DNA of 64,000 nt. It comes from Ottowia sp. Lineage in GTDB: Bacteria; Pseudomonadota; Gammaproteobacteria; Burkholderiales; Burkholderiaceae_C. The translations under genes were made by a program, and so were the position numbers. Position 1 is the first letter of the stretch. The number at the start of each line of letters is the position of its first letter. A model generated the notes under the pieces. The model did not search any database. It saw only the letters and a program-made list of their open reading frames with translations, and had not been told where the DNA came from. This document shows positions 29,777 to 41,713 of this stretch, one piece after another. The stretch lies in NCBI RefSeq assembly GCF_035325765.1, contig NZ_DAOKZG010000003.1, positions 69,998 to 133,997 on the forward strand, in the 5' to 3' direction.

Positions 29777-29790
29777 GCTTCTGGAGCGGC

Positions 29791-30807
29791 ATGCAGGGGA
29801 TGGATGCATCGGCTTTGTCACATGTGGTCCTGCTGGGAACGGGTGGCACCATTGCCGGCGCCGGTGGTGGCGCGACGACCGGGGCCGGTTCGGCCGCCTA
29901 CCAGGCTGCGGTGGTCACCATCGACGAGCTGGCGCGCCAGGTGCCCGGCCTGCGCCAGCTCGCGCGGCTGCGCGCCGAGCAGCTGTTCCAGATCGACTCG
30001 GCCGATTTCACCGACGAGCGCCTGCTGCAGCTGGCGCGCAAGGTGGCGGCGCTGTGCAGGCAGGATGATGTCGATGCCGTGGTCATCACGCACGGCACCG
30101 ACACGCTGGAAGAAACGGCATACTTCCTGCACCTGACGGTGCATTCGTCCAAGCCGATCGTGCTGACGGGCTCGATGCGCCCCGGCACGGCAGTGTCGGC
30201 CGACGGGCCGGCCAATCTGCTGCACGCGGTGGCGGTGGCGGCGCAGCCATCGTCCGCCGGGCGCGGCGTGCTGGTCGTGATGGACGAGCAGGTGCACAGC
30301 GCGCGCGACGTCGCCAAGACGCACAGCCAGCGCGTCGAAGCATTTGCGTCGCCCCACGGTCCCCTCGGGCTGGTGGTGGAAGGCATGCCGCGCTGGTACC
30401 GGGCGCTGGAGCGCCCGCACACGGTGGCCAGCGCATTCGACATCGAAGACATCGAGGCCTTGCCGCTGGTCGGCGTGGTGACCAGCCACGGCAACATGCG
30501 GCGCGAGATCTACGACCAATGGGCCAGCCTGGGTGCGCGCGCCATCGTGCACGCCGGCTTTGGCGGCGGCACGGTGCCCGCATACCTGAAGGCGCCGCTG
30601 GCCGAGCTGCGCGCGCGCGGCGTGCTGCTGGTGCGCGCCTCGCGCACCGGCGGGCCGCTGGCGCGCGGTGGCTGCGTGGACGACGAAGCGCTCGGCTGGG
30701 TCGTCACCGACGACCAGAATCCGCAGCGCGCGCGACTGCTGGCCGCCCTGGCGCTCACGCAGGAGCGCGATCCGGAGCGGATCCAGCAGGTGTTCTGGCG
30801 CTATTGA
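29791..30807 (+). CDS. L-asparaginase/glutaminase family
   Basis: LGTGGTIAG, THGTDTLEET, VLTGSMRP, RDVAKTH; start uncertain (29791 or 29800). Confidence 0.92.
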   Translation: MQGMDASALSHVVLLGTGGTIAGAGGGATTGAGSAAYQAAVVTIDELARQVPGLRQLARLRAEQLFQIDSADFTDERLLQLARKVAALCRQDDVDAVVITHGTDTLEETAYFLHLTVHSSKPIVLTGSMRPGTAVSADGPANLLHAVAVAAQPSSAGRGVLVVMDEQVHSARDVAKTHSQRVEAFASPHGPLGLVVEGMPRWYRALERPHTVASAFDIEDIEALPLVGVVTSHGNMRREIYDQWASLGARAIVHAGFGGGTVPAYLKAPLAELRARGVLLVRASRTGGPLARGGCVDDEALGWVVTDDQNPQRARLLAALALTQERDPERIQQVFWRY

Positions 30808-31415
30808 GGCAGCCGTGCCAGGGCGACGCGCGCGGCGGCAGCCTGGCCGCGCACGACGCAACCCTCGGCGTGGCCGTTCACCAGCCCCATCGCCAGCAGG
30901 AAGGCCTGCAGCGTGGTCGGGCCGACGAACCGCCAACCGCGCCGCTTCAATTCGCGCGACAGGGCGATCGAGGTGGGCGAGGTGGGCGCGTGGCGACACG
31001 CGGCCTGTTCGTCGGCGTTCGGCTCGTGGCGCCAGAAGTAGGCCGCCAGGGAGCCCTCCGCCCGCGCCAGTTCCTGCGCCCGGCGCGCGTTGTTCAGCGT
31101 CGCCTCGATCTTGCCGCGGTGGCGCACGATGCCGGCGTCCCGCAGCAGACGCGCCACCTCCGGCTCGCCCCAGCGTGCGAGCTGGTCGAAGTCGAAGCCG
31201 GCAAAGGCACGGCGGAACTGCTCGCGTTTTTCCAGGATGGTGCGCCACGACAGGCCGGCCTGGAAGCCTTCGAGGCACAGCTTCTCGAACAGGCGCCGAT
31301 CCTCGGTCACCGGAAAGCCCCATTCGGTGTCGTGGTAGGCGAGGTACTGCGGCGTGGCCAGGCACCAGCCGCAGCGTTCCAGGCCGTCCGGGCCGGGCAG
31401 GGTGGGCGGGCTCAT
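30801..31415 (-). CDS. tag: DNA-3-methyladenine glycosylase I
   Basis: RCGWC, YHDTEWG, LEGFQAGLSW, IVRHRGKI, FVGPT, H..GC; start ATG 31415. Confidence 0.93.
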   Translation of the reverse strand: MSPPTLPGPDGLERCGWCLATPQYLAYHDTEWGFPVTEDRRLFEKLCLEGFQAGLSWRTILEKREQFRRAFAGFDFDQLARWGEPEVARLLRDAGIVRHRGKIEATLNNARRAQELARAEGSLAAYFWRHEPNADEQAACRHAPTSPTSIALSRELKRRGWRFVGPTTLQAFLLAMGLVNGHAEGCVVRGQAAAARVALARLPQ

Positions 31416-32452
31416 GCGCCGCCCGCTCCCGGGTTTGCGCGGGGGCGCGCCAGGTCGTCGGCCGCGGGCAGCCACGAGCCGTCCAGGCGCAGGCTGTGCG
31501 CCGCGCGCACGGCATTGGCGCAGGCCTGCGCCACCGCCTCGGCGGCCATGATGCACAGTACGTTGAAGTCCAGTGCCGGTGCCTGGCCGGTGGCCAGGGC
31601 AAACAGGGTGTCGCCGTCGCTCAGGGTGTGCACGGGCCGGATGGCGCGTGCCAGGCCGTCGTGGCCGGCGCCGGCCAGGCGGCGCGCGCGCGCCTTGCCA
31701 AGCGGGGCGTCGGTGGCGATGACGCCGATGGTGGTGTTGCTGCCCGCCAGGATGGCCAGCGGCGGCTCCCCCGCCAACGCTGCGCGCACGCTGTGGCGCA
31801 AGCCCCGGCCATCGTCGCTGCGGGCGCCGGCCAGCACTGCGCCGGTGGCCGGATCGACCACGTCGCCGAGCGCGTTGACGGCGACCAGCGCGCCCACCGT
31901 GGTTCCGGCCAGGGTCACACTGGCGCTGCCGATGCCGCCCTTCATCGCGTGTGCCATGCCGAACAGCTTGCCCACGCTGGCCCCGGCGCCGGCGCCGACG
32001 TTGCCCTGCGCCGGGGCCTCCGCGCTGGCCGCCTGGCAGGCCGCATAGCCGGCGCGGGCATCGGGCCGGATGCGCGCATCGCCCAGGTGCAGGTCGAACA
32101 GCACCGCGGCCGGCACGATCGGCACGCGCTGGCCCGGCGCGTCGCCGACCGTCAGGCCACGGCCCTGCTCGTCCAGCCAGCGCATCACGCCGGCTGCGGC
32201 GTCCAGGCCCCAGGCGCTGCCGCCGGCCAGCAGCACGGCATGCACCTCGCCGACCAGGTTGGCCGGGTCCAGCAGATCGGTCTCCCGGGTACCGGGCGCG
32301 GCGCCGCGCACGTCCACGCCACCGACGGCGCCGCCGCCACTCGCGCCGTGCGCCAGCACCACGCTGCAGCCGGTCGGGCGGCGCGCGTCGGTATGGTGGC
32401 CGACCCGGATGCCGCGGACGTCGGTGATGGCTCCGGATTCCCGTGCTGCCAT
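31412..32452 (-). CDS. P1/S58 family peptidase (DmpA-like)
   Basis: ITDVRGIRVGH, DVRGAAPGTRETD, GNVGAGAG, NTTIGVIATDA, SDGDTLF; start ATG 32452. Confidence 0.9.
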   Translation of the reverse strand: MAARESGAITDVRGIRVGHHTDARRPTGCSVVLAHGASGGGAVGGVDVRGAAPGTRETDLLDPANLVGEVHAVLLAGGSAWGLDAAAGVMRWLDEQGRGLTVGDAPGQRVPIVPAAVLFDLHLGDARIRPDARAGYAACQAASAEAPAQGNVGAGAGASVGKLFGMAHAMKGGIGSASVTLAGTTVGALVAVNALGDVVDPATGAVLAGARSDDGRGLRHSVRAALAGEPPLAILAGSNTTIGVIATDAPLGKARARRLAGAGHDGLARAIRPVHTLSDGDTLFALATGQAPALDFNVLCIMAAEAVAQACANAVRAAHSLRLDGSWLPAADDLARPRANPGAGGA

Positions 32453-32454
32453 GC

Positions 32455-32910
32455 TCACGCCGCCTCGCCCCGGCGCAGCGCCGCGCGCAACTGCGCGGCG
32501 TAGCCTTCCAGCACCGCCGGACCGGGCTCCTTGCGCGGCCAGGCCAGGTCGACGCCGTCGCCCGCATGGCGCGGCAACACGTGCAGGTGGAAATGACGTA
32601 CCGTCTGGCTGGCCACGGCGCCGTTGGCCTGCAGCACGGTGAAGCCCTCTGGCGCGAACGCCGCCTGTGCCGCGAGCGCGATGCGGCGCGCCGTGCACAT
32701 GGCCGCGCCGGCTTCTTCCGGCGTGATGTCCAGCAGGGTCTCGGCGTGGCGCTTGGTGGCCACCAGCACGTGGCCGGGGTTGACCTGGCCCAGGTCCATG
32801 AAGGCCAGGGTCAACTCGTCTTCGTGGACGCGGGCGGCGGGGATCTGGCCGGCCACCAGCCTGCAGAAGATGCATTCGCCCGGTGGCGAGGGGTCGACGA
32901 ATTCGGGCAT
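32455..32910 (-). CDS. HIT-family hydrolase
   Basis: CIFCRL, GHVLV, HFHLHVLP histidine triad. Confidence 0.93.
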   Translation of the reverse strand: MPEFVDPSPPGECIFCRLVAGQIPAARVHEDELTLAFMDLGQVNPGHVLVATKRHAETLLDITPEEAGAAMCTARRIALAAQAAFAPEGFTVLQANGAVASQTVRHFHLHVLPRHAGDGVDLAWPRKEPGPAVLEGYAAQLRAALRRGEAA

Positions 32911-33112
32911 GGGAATCGGTTCCTGTGAGTGGAGTGGGCGATGGCGCGCCTTCCAGCGCGGCGCGGCGCCGGGCCATCATCGCGCGCCGGCGTTGCACCC
33001 GTCCATGATATAAACCCTGCCGACCGCAGGCGTTGCGCGGCTCCAGCCCGGCTCCTTGCCGGAAGGTCTGGCGTGCAAGCGCGGCACGGCCGAACCAGGA
33101 GGAACAATACGG

Positions 33113-33523
33113 ATGCCGAATTCCACCGCCGATGATCTGGGCAAGCTGGTCCTGCGCCTGACGCTGGGCATCCTGCTGCTGCTGCACGGGATCGCCAAGC
33201 TGCGCTACGGCGTCGACTGGCTGGAAGGGCCGCTCAAGGCGCGCGGCCTGCCAGCCTTCGTGTCCTACGGCGTATACGCCGGCGAAGTGCTGGCGCCCGT
33301 GCTCATCATCCTGGGGCTGTTTTCACGCGTCGGGGCGCTGCTGGCCATTGTCAGCATGTTGTTTGCCATTGGCCTGATGCACATGGATCACCTGTGGGCG
33401 ATCGGCAAGACCGGTGGCTGGGAACTGGAACTGCAGGGCTTTTACCTGCTGATGAGCGTGGTGTTGCTGCTGCAGGGCGCGGGCCGCTTCAGCCTGGGCG
33501 GGGTGAGCGGGCGCTGGAATTGA
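33113..33523 (+). CDS. DoxX-family membrane protein
   Basis: LRLTLGILLLLHGIAKL, GGWELE, GAGRFSL; RBS AGGAGG. Confidence 0.9.
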   Translation: MPNSTADDLGKLVLRLTLGILLLLHGIAKLRYGVDWLEGPLKARGLPAFVSYGVYAGEVLAPVLIILGLFSRVGALLAIVSMLFAIGLMHMDHLWAIGKTGGWELELQGFYLLMSVVLLLQGAGRFSLGGVSGRWN

Positions 33524-33624
33524 AGGCCCAGGCGCGCTGCCGCCTGATACCCTTGCGGCGCTGAAAGACATGAGGCGTGGCGCTGGGCCATGCGGGCAAG
33601 GTGAATGGCCGCCTTGTCATTGAA

Positions 33625-33785
33625 GGCGACGCTGAATAAGTCTCCGTGATGCGGCGCACCCTGCATGGGGATGGGATGCAAGGCGCGAAGCGCAGCAATA
33701 GCCGAAGCTATTGCGAGCATTTGCAACGCCGCAGACCGCCGCAGGCAGGGATGCGCAGCGCGCGAGGGACTTGTTCAGCGTTGCC
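33625..33785. mobile_element. 161-bp MITE-like element, family A, copy 2
   Basis: Near-identical to 4664-4824; flanked by exact 4-bp direct repeat TGAA (33621-33624, 33786-33789). Confidence 0.82.
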
Positions 33786-33789
33786 TGAA

Positions 33790-34055
33790 CCTAAAAACGG
33801 CAGTTGACCGCTTGGTGACTTCTCGAGCGCCGCATGCGCATCGAGCCTGGACGCTTCGATCACGCGCACCGGTTGGGTGAGCGCGCCATGCACCCGCCAG
33901 CACCACCCTCGCCGCGCCATGGGACGTGGCGCGTCGCGCGGCACACCCGTTCGCTTCGCCCAGGGGCGCGCATGCCCCTTTGGGGCAGCGGTGCTCGCCC
34001 CGGCCTGGCACGCCGAGGACGGCACCGACGGGCGTATCCAGCTGCGGGATTTGGG
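33790..34055. mobile_element. Degenerate MITE-like element, family B, copy 2, with a ~30-50 bp REP-like internal insert
   Basis: Starts CCTAAAAACGGCAGTTGACCGCTTG matching the reverse complement of 14663 end; shared core GGGTGAGC..GCCA..CCCGCCAG.ACCAC.CTCGCCGCGCCATG; eroded right end. Confidence 0.6.
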
Positions 34056-34268
34056 TTGACGCGCAGCAAGGTCTTCTGACGCTGGTCGCGGGGAACGCGC
34101 GTTCGTCCCCATGGCTCCGCCGCGGCTCGTGCCGCTTGCGCTGCATGAGGGAGCACCGCTGCGTTGGCCGTGGAGCAGGCCAGCCGGTGCGCGCAGGGGC
34201 ACGGCTCCCCTGGCCACGGATGCGTTTCCCCTTGGGAGGATGGCGCGCAGCGACGCAGGGGTGTCGCT

Positions 34269-35624
34269 TCAGCCGCGCTGCGCCTTGAGCAGATCCGCCA
34301 CCAGGAAGGCCAGCTCCAGGCTCTGCGAGCCGTTCAGCCGCGGATCGCAGGCGCTGGTGTAGCGCCGCGCCAGGTCGTCGTCTCCCAGGTTCTGCCCGCC
34401 GCCGCGACATTCGGTCACGTCCAGGCCGGTGAGCTCGACGTGCAGGCCGCCGGCCACCGTGCCGCAGGCCGCGTGCGCGGCGAAGAACCCGCGCACCTCC
34501 TGCACGATGCGGCCGAAGTCGCGCGTCTTCACGCCGTGGCTGCTGGTGACGGTGTTGCCGTGCATCGGGTCGCAGCTCCACACCACCGGGTGGCCGCTGT
34601 GCCGGACCGCCTCCAGCAGGGGTGGCAGGCGCTCGGGCAGTCGGCCGGCGCCCATGCGCGTGATCAGCACGACGCGGCCCGGAGCGCGCGCGGGGTTGAG
34701 GCGCTCGAGCAGGGCCAGCACGTCGTCCGGGGGCGCGCCTGGCCCGATCTTCACGCCCACGGGGTTGGCGATGCCGCGCAGGTATTCGACGTGTGCCGCG
34801 TCGGGCTGGCGCGTGCGCTCGCCCAGCCACAGCAGGTGCGCCGAGGTGGCATGCCAGTCCCCGACCGCGTCGTCCCGGCGCGTCAGCGCTTCCTCATAGG
34901 GCAGCAGCAGGGCCTCGTGCGAGGTGTAGAAGCGCACCGCACGCAGCGGCGCAGCGCTGTCCTGGGTGAACCCGCAGGCCGCCATGAAGGCCAGCGCCTC
35001 GCCGATGCGATCGGCCAGTTGCGCATAGCGCTGGCCCTGCGGGCTGGCGCGCACGAAGTCGCTGGTCCAGCGGTGCAGCTGGTGCAAGTCGGCAAAGCCG
35101 CCCTGGGTCAGCGCGCGCAGCAGGTTGAGCGTCGCGGCGCTGGCCGAATACGCGCGCAGCAGGCGCTGCGGGTCGGGCATGCGCGCGGCCGCGCTGAACT
35201 CGGCGCCGTTGACGATGTCGCCGCGATAGCTCGGCAGGGTGACGCCGTCCCGGGTCTCGGTGTCGGCCGAGCGCGGCTTGGCGTACTGGCCGGCGATGCG
35301 GCCGACCTTCACGACCGGGCGCGCCGCGCCATAGGTCAGCACCACCGCCATCTGCAGCAGCACGCGCAGGGTCTCGCGCGCCGGCGTGCCGCCTTGCGCA
35401 TCGAGGTCCTCGGCGCAGTCGCCGCCCTGCAGCAGGAAGGCGCGGCCAGCCGCGACCTCGGCCAGGTCGGCGCGCAGGGCGGCGACCTCGCTCTCGGCCA
35501 CGAGCGGCGGGAAGGCGCCGAGCTGCTGGCACGCGTCGGCCAGCGCAGCGGGATCCGGATATGCGGGCAGCTGACGCGCCGGCTTTTCGCGCCAGCTTGC
35601 AGGGTACCAGGGCAGGATGTTCAC
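34269..35624 (-). CDS. Class II DAHP synthase (3-deoxy-7-phosphoheptulonate synthase)
   Basis: WYPASWR, LLQGGDCAE, GRIAGQYAKPRS, SYRGDIVN, WLGERTRQ, CDPMHGNT, CDPRLN; start GTG 35624 or ATG 35759. Confidence 0.93.
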   Translation of the reverse strand: MNILPWYPASWREKPARQLPAYPDPAALADACQQLGAFPPLVAESEVAALRADLAEVAAGRAFLLQGGDCAEDLDAQGGTPARETLRVLLQMAVVLTYGAARPVVKVGRIAGQYAKPRSADTETRDGVTLPSYRGDIVNGAEFSAAARMPDPQRLLRAYSASAATLNLLRALTQGGFADLHQLHRWTSDFVRASPQGQRYAQLADRIGEALAFMAACGFTQDSAAPLRAVRFYTSHEALLLPYEEALTRRDDAVGDWHATSAHLLWLGERTRQPDAAHVEYLRGIANPVGVKIGPGAPPDDVLALLERLNPARAPGRVVLITRMGAGRLPERLPPLLEAVRHSGHPVVWSCDPMHGNTVTSSHGVKTRDFGRIVQEVRGFFAAHAACGTVAGGLHVELTGLDVTECRGGGQNLGDDDLARRYTSACDPRLNGSQSLELAFLVADLLKAQRG

Positions 35625-35755
35625 GGTCGGGTTCGGCGGCAACAAATGGACAGGAACGAAATCCGGCGTCGAGACTGGCCCAGAGTGCCAGGAAAATCCG
35701 GCAGTACGTGGCCAGTGGAGGCGGGGGCGATCACGACGCTCGGCTCGGGTCGGCT

Positions 35756-36253
35756 TCATCCATCGGGCGTCAGGCACTTCTGCATCAGCAGTGCCTGGCC
35801 TGCGTCTGGATCCAGCACATAGGGTGCGAAGCCAAAACGCGCATAGCTGCGCAGGGCGCGGGTGTTGCCCTGGAGCACCTCCAGCGTCAGCTTGCAGCAG
35901 CCCTGCTGGCGTGCATGGGCCTCGCAGGCGCCCAGCAGGGCCTGGGCGATGCCGCGTCCCCGGTGCGCGGGCAATACCGCAATGTCGTGCACGTTGAGCA
36001 GCGGTCGCGCCTTGAAGGTGGAATAGCCTGCGAACGTGTTGACCAGGCCCACCGGCTCGCGGTCCATCCAGGCGATGAAGCTGGCGGCCGTGGCCAGGCG
36101 CGCCAGGTCGTCGCACAGGCGGGCCTTCACCTCGTCGGCGAGCGCCACGCCGCCGCCCATGGGGTCGCGCGCGTAGGCATCGAGCAGGGCGACGAGCGCC
36201 GCGCGGTCCGGTGCGCTGGCGTAGTCGACGCGGCGGACGGTCACTTGCGCCAT
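35756..36253 (-). CDS. GNAT-family N-acetyltransferase
   Basis: NVHDIAVLPAHRGRGIAQALL acetyl-CoA motif, KLTLEV, YARFGF; start ATG 36253. Confidence 0.92.
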   Translation of the reverse strand: MAQVTVRRVDYASAPDRAALVALLDAYARDPMGGGVALADEVKARLCDDLARLATAASFIAWMDREPVGLVNTFAGYSTFKARPLLNVHDIAVLPAHRGRGIAQALLGACEAHARQQGCCKLTLEVLQGNTRALRSYARFGFAPYVLDPDAGQALLMQKCLTPDG

Positions 36254-36281
36254 GAAGCGGGCGTGGATGGCAAGGTCTGGC

Positions 36282-36767
36282 CTACGACGCGGGGGGCGCC
36301 TGCATGCGCATGCCGTCGCTTCCGACGTCAACGTGATCCACTCTCGCCAGCAGGTCGGGGAAGCTGTCGAACCCGTATTCCTGCCAGTTCCAGCGCGGTT
36401 TCACGTATTTCTCGACCACATCCAGGTTGGCCCAGCCCTTGGCGCTCCTGAACTTGTTGAAGGCTTCATCGAGCAGCTTGACGAGATCGATGAAGGGGAT
36501 TTTTCGGCAATACATCCGGTTGGCCTCGTCGGTCGCGTCCTTGCCCCTGGTATAGGCGAACTGCTGGATCGGCACGAGCGCGTGCTTCAGGAGGATGCTG
36601 CGCCAGCCGCCCAGCGCCGGGCTGCTCCAGTCTCCATAGATGCGCTTGACGTTGGCAATGCCGTACTTCGCGATCTCCTCCAGCAGGTCCTGCGCGCATG
36701 CGGCGGTCGTGTTGTCGGCGTCGATCAGGACGGCCAGCTTCTCCGGTTTCAGATTTTCGCTGGGCAT
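36282..36767 (-). pseudogene. NYN-domain/OST-HTH gene with apparent in-frame internal deletion
   Basis: LAVLIDADN, KRIYGDW, QFAYTRGKDATD then jumps to a C-terminal OST-HTH-like segment (GWANL...EYGFDSFPDLL); lacks the usual IDAMDLL...SSDSDF part. Confidence 0.6.
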
Positions 36768-36792
36768 CCCGGGACTCCCGTGCGCGACGGCG

Positions 36793-39687
<2,895 letters not shown>

Positions 39688-39743
39688 GGCGGTGTGAAGC
39701 AAAAGAGTGGGGGCCGGAGGTATGCAAGCGGGATGCGAAAAAA

Positions 39744-39849
39744 CATCCATGCGCAGGGGGCGCAGGGATTTCGCGGAGGACGCGGAAAAAACGTTTGAAG
39801 TCTCTTCTGCGTCCTCTGCGTGACCTTCGCGTCCTCTGCGTACGGATGC
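39744..39849. repeat. ~105-bp imperfect palindrome made of CGCAGAGGACGC-like units between gcvH and gcvP
   Basis: Left arm CATCCATGCGCAGGGGGCGCAG...CGCGGAGGACGCGGAA; right arm TTCTGCGTCCTCTGCG...CGCGTCCTCTGCGTACGGATG. Confidence 0.65.
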
Positions 39850-39887
39850 TCTGTTCTCGATGCCGGGTCCCATTGGACCCGCGCGAG

Positions 39888-40256
39888 TCACCCCGCGCTG
39901 AAGGCGCGGTAGGCGGCCTCGTCCATCAGTGCGTCCAGCTGCGCGGGATCGCTGAGCCTGACCTTGAAGAACCAGCCGGCGCCCAGCGGGTCGCTGTTGG
40001 CCAGGCTGGGCTCGGCACGCAGGGTTTCGTTCACCTCGGTGACCTCGCCGCCGACCGGCATGTAGATGTCGGCGGCGGCCTTCACGCTTTCGACCACCCC
40101 GGCAGTCTCTTTCTGAGCGTAGTTCTGGCCGACCTCGGGCAGGTCGACGAATACCACGTCGCCCAGGGCGTCCTGGGCATGTTCGGTGATGCCGACCGTG
40201 GCGATGTCGCCCTCGACGCGGATCCATTCATGGTCTTCGGTGTACTTGAGGCTCAT
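39888..40256 (-). CDS. gcvH: Glycine cleavage system H protein
   Basis: [23 protein letters not shown], lipoyl motif VESVKAA. Confidence 0.97.
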   Translation of the reverse strand: MSLKYTEDHEWIRVEGDIATVGITEHAQDALGDVVFVDLPEVGQNYAQKETAGVVESVKAAADIYMPVGGEVTEVNETLRAEPSLANSDPLGAGWFFKVRLSDPAQLDALMDEAAYRAFSAG

Positions 40257-40307
40257 GCTTGCTCCTGAAAAAGAGAGGGTGGGTGTCGGGAATCGATGCG
40301 CGCTGGC

Positions 40308-41435
40308 TCAGCCGCGGTAATAGCGCGTCGGCACGAACGGCGTGGCGACGACCTCCATGGGCACCGGCTTGCCGCGCACCATGGCGAACAGCTCGGTGCC
40401 GATGGTGGCGTAGCCCGGTCGCACGTAGCCCATGGCGATCGGCCGATCGAGCGTGGGACTGAGCAGGCCACTGGTGACCTGGCCGACGCTCTGGCCGTCC
40501 AGGTTCTGCAACTCGGCTGGCTCGCGCACGGGCACCCGCTGCCTGGCCATCAGGGCGATGCGCTGGCGCGCCAGCGGCGTGCGGCCCTCGAGCTGGGCCA
40601 GGATGCGTTCCGCGCCCGGAAAGCCGCCAGCGCGTGCGCCGCCGCTGCGCCGGGCCTTTTGCAGCGCCCAGTTCAGCCCGGCTTCGATCGGCGTGGTGGT
40701 GGTGTCGATGTCGTTGCCGTAGAGGCACAGGCCGGCTTCCAGCCGCAGCGAGTTGCGCGCGCCCAGGCCGATCGGCCGGACTTCGGACTGCGCCAGCAGG
40801 GCGCGTGCAAAGGCCTCGGCGCGCTCGCCCGGCAGCGAAATCTCGAAGCCGTCCTCGCCGGTGTAGCCGCTGCGCGTGACGTAGAGCGGCGTGCCCTGCC
40901 AGTTGTAGGCGCCGCCGGTCATGAACACCAGCGCGCGCACGCCCGGCACCAGGCGCTCCAGCGCCAGCGCTGCCTGGGGCCCCTGCAAGGCCAGCAGCGC
41001 CTGCTCCGGCATGGGGCGCACTTCGCAGCGATCGCCGATGCGCGCCTGGATGTGGGCGATGTCGGCCGCCTTGCAGGCGCCGTTGACGATCAGGAACAGC
41101 CGGTCACCGCCGCGGTTGACGAACATCAGGTCGTCCAGGATCGTGCCTTCCTCCGACAGCAGCAGGCCGTAGCGCTGCCGGTCGATGGCCAGGCCCAGCA
41201 CGTCGACCGGCATCAGGGTTTCCAGGGCCGCCGCGGCATCGGGGCCGAGCAGTTCGAGCTGGCCCATGTGCGAGACGTCGAACAGGCCGGCGGCCTCGCG
41301 CGTGTGCTTGTGCTCCGCGATCAGGCCGCTCGGATATTGCACCGGCATCGCGTAGCCGGCAAAGGGCACCAGGCGCGCGCCCAGTTCGACGTGCAGCGCG
41401 TGCAGCGGGGTCTTCTTCAGTTCGGCGTCGGACAT
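40308..41435 (-). CDS. gcvT: Glycine cleavage system aminomethyltransferase T
   Basis: KTPLHALH, GLFDVSHMG, RSGYTGEDGFE, GLGARNSLRLEAG; start ATG 41435. Confidence 0.96.
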   Translation of the reverse strand: MSDAELKKTPLHALHVELGARLVPFAGYAMPVQYPSGLIAEHKHTREAAGLFDVSHMGQLELLGPDAAAALETLMPVDVLGLAIDRQRYGLLLSEEGTILDDLMFVNRGGDRLFLIVNGACKAADIAHIQARIGDRCEVRPMPEQALLALQGPQAALALERLVPGVRALVFMTGGAYNWQGTPLYVTRSGYTGEDGFEISLPGERAEAFARALLAQSEVRPIGLGARNSLRLEAGLCLYGNDIDTTTTPIEAGLNWALQKARRSGGARAGGFPGAERILAQLEGRTPLARQRIALMARQRVPVREPAELQNLDGQSVGQVTSGLLSPTLDRPIAMGYVRPGYATIGTELFAMVRGKPVPMEVVATPFVPTRYYRG

Positions 41436-41489
41436 GCTGGGGGTCTCCTTCATGAAGGGGCAACCCACGACCCTTGCAGGTCGTGGCCA

Positions 41490-41700
41490 TGCCCGGCTGT
41501 CCGCTTTACCTGAGAGATTCGCGTCGGCGATGCGGCGCTTGCTCCTTCGGTGGAAGGCCGCTGGCGCGGCCTTCTCTCTCCAGCAGGGGACGCCCGGGTC
41601 GCCCCGGACGCTTGCCAGTCCTTTTGCCTGAGCGTTTTGGCCGCGCCTCGCGCCTTCGGCGGCGTCACCGACGGCGGGTGGCGCACTCTCCTGACAGAGG
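41490..41700 (-). promoter_or_regulatory. Tandem glycine riboswitch
   Basis: Minus strand shows two aptamers: GGAGAG...CCGAAG...CTCAGG-CAAAAGGAC and CTGGAGAG...CACCGAAGGAGCAA...AATCTCTCAGGTAAAGCGGACAG, directly upstream of gcvT. Confidence 0.93.
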
Positions 41701-41713
41701 CGGATTCTACGTG

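Noticed and set aside
33442-33726. ORFs at 33442-33726 and 3932-4765 sharing the N-terminus MQMLAIASAIAALRALHPIPMQGAPHHGDLFS
   Set aside because: The shared peptide is just the reverse translation of MITE family A; the remainder is antisense to real genes.
35625-35759. Aromatic amino acid attenuator leader before DAHP synthase
   Set aside because: No short leader peptide with tandem Trp/Phe/Tyr codons and no terminator hairpin; the frame is continuous with the enzyme.
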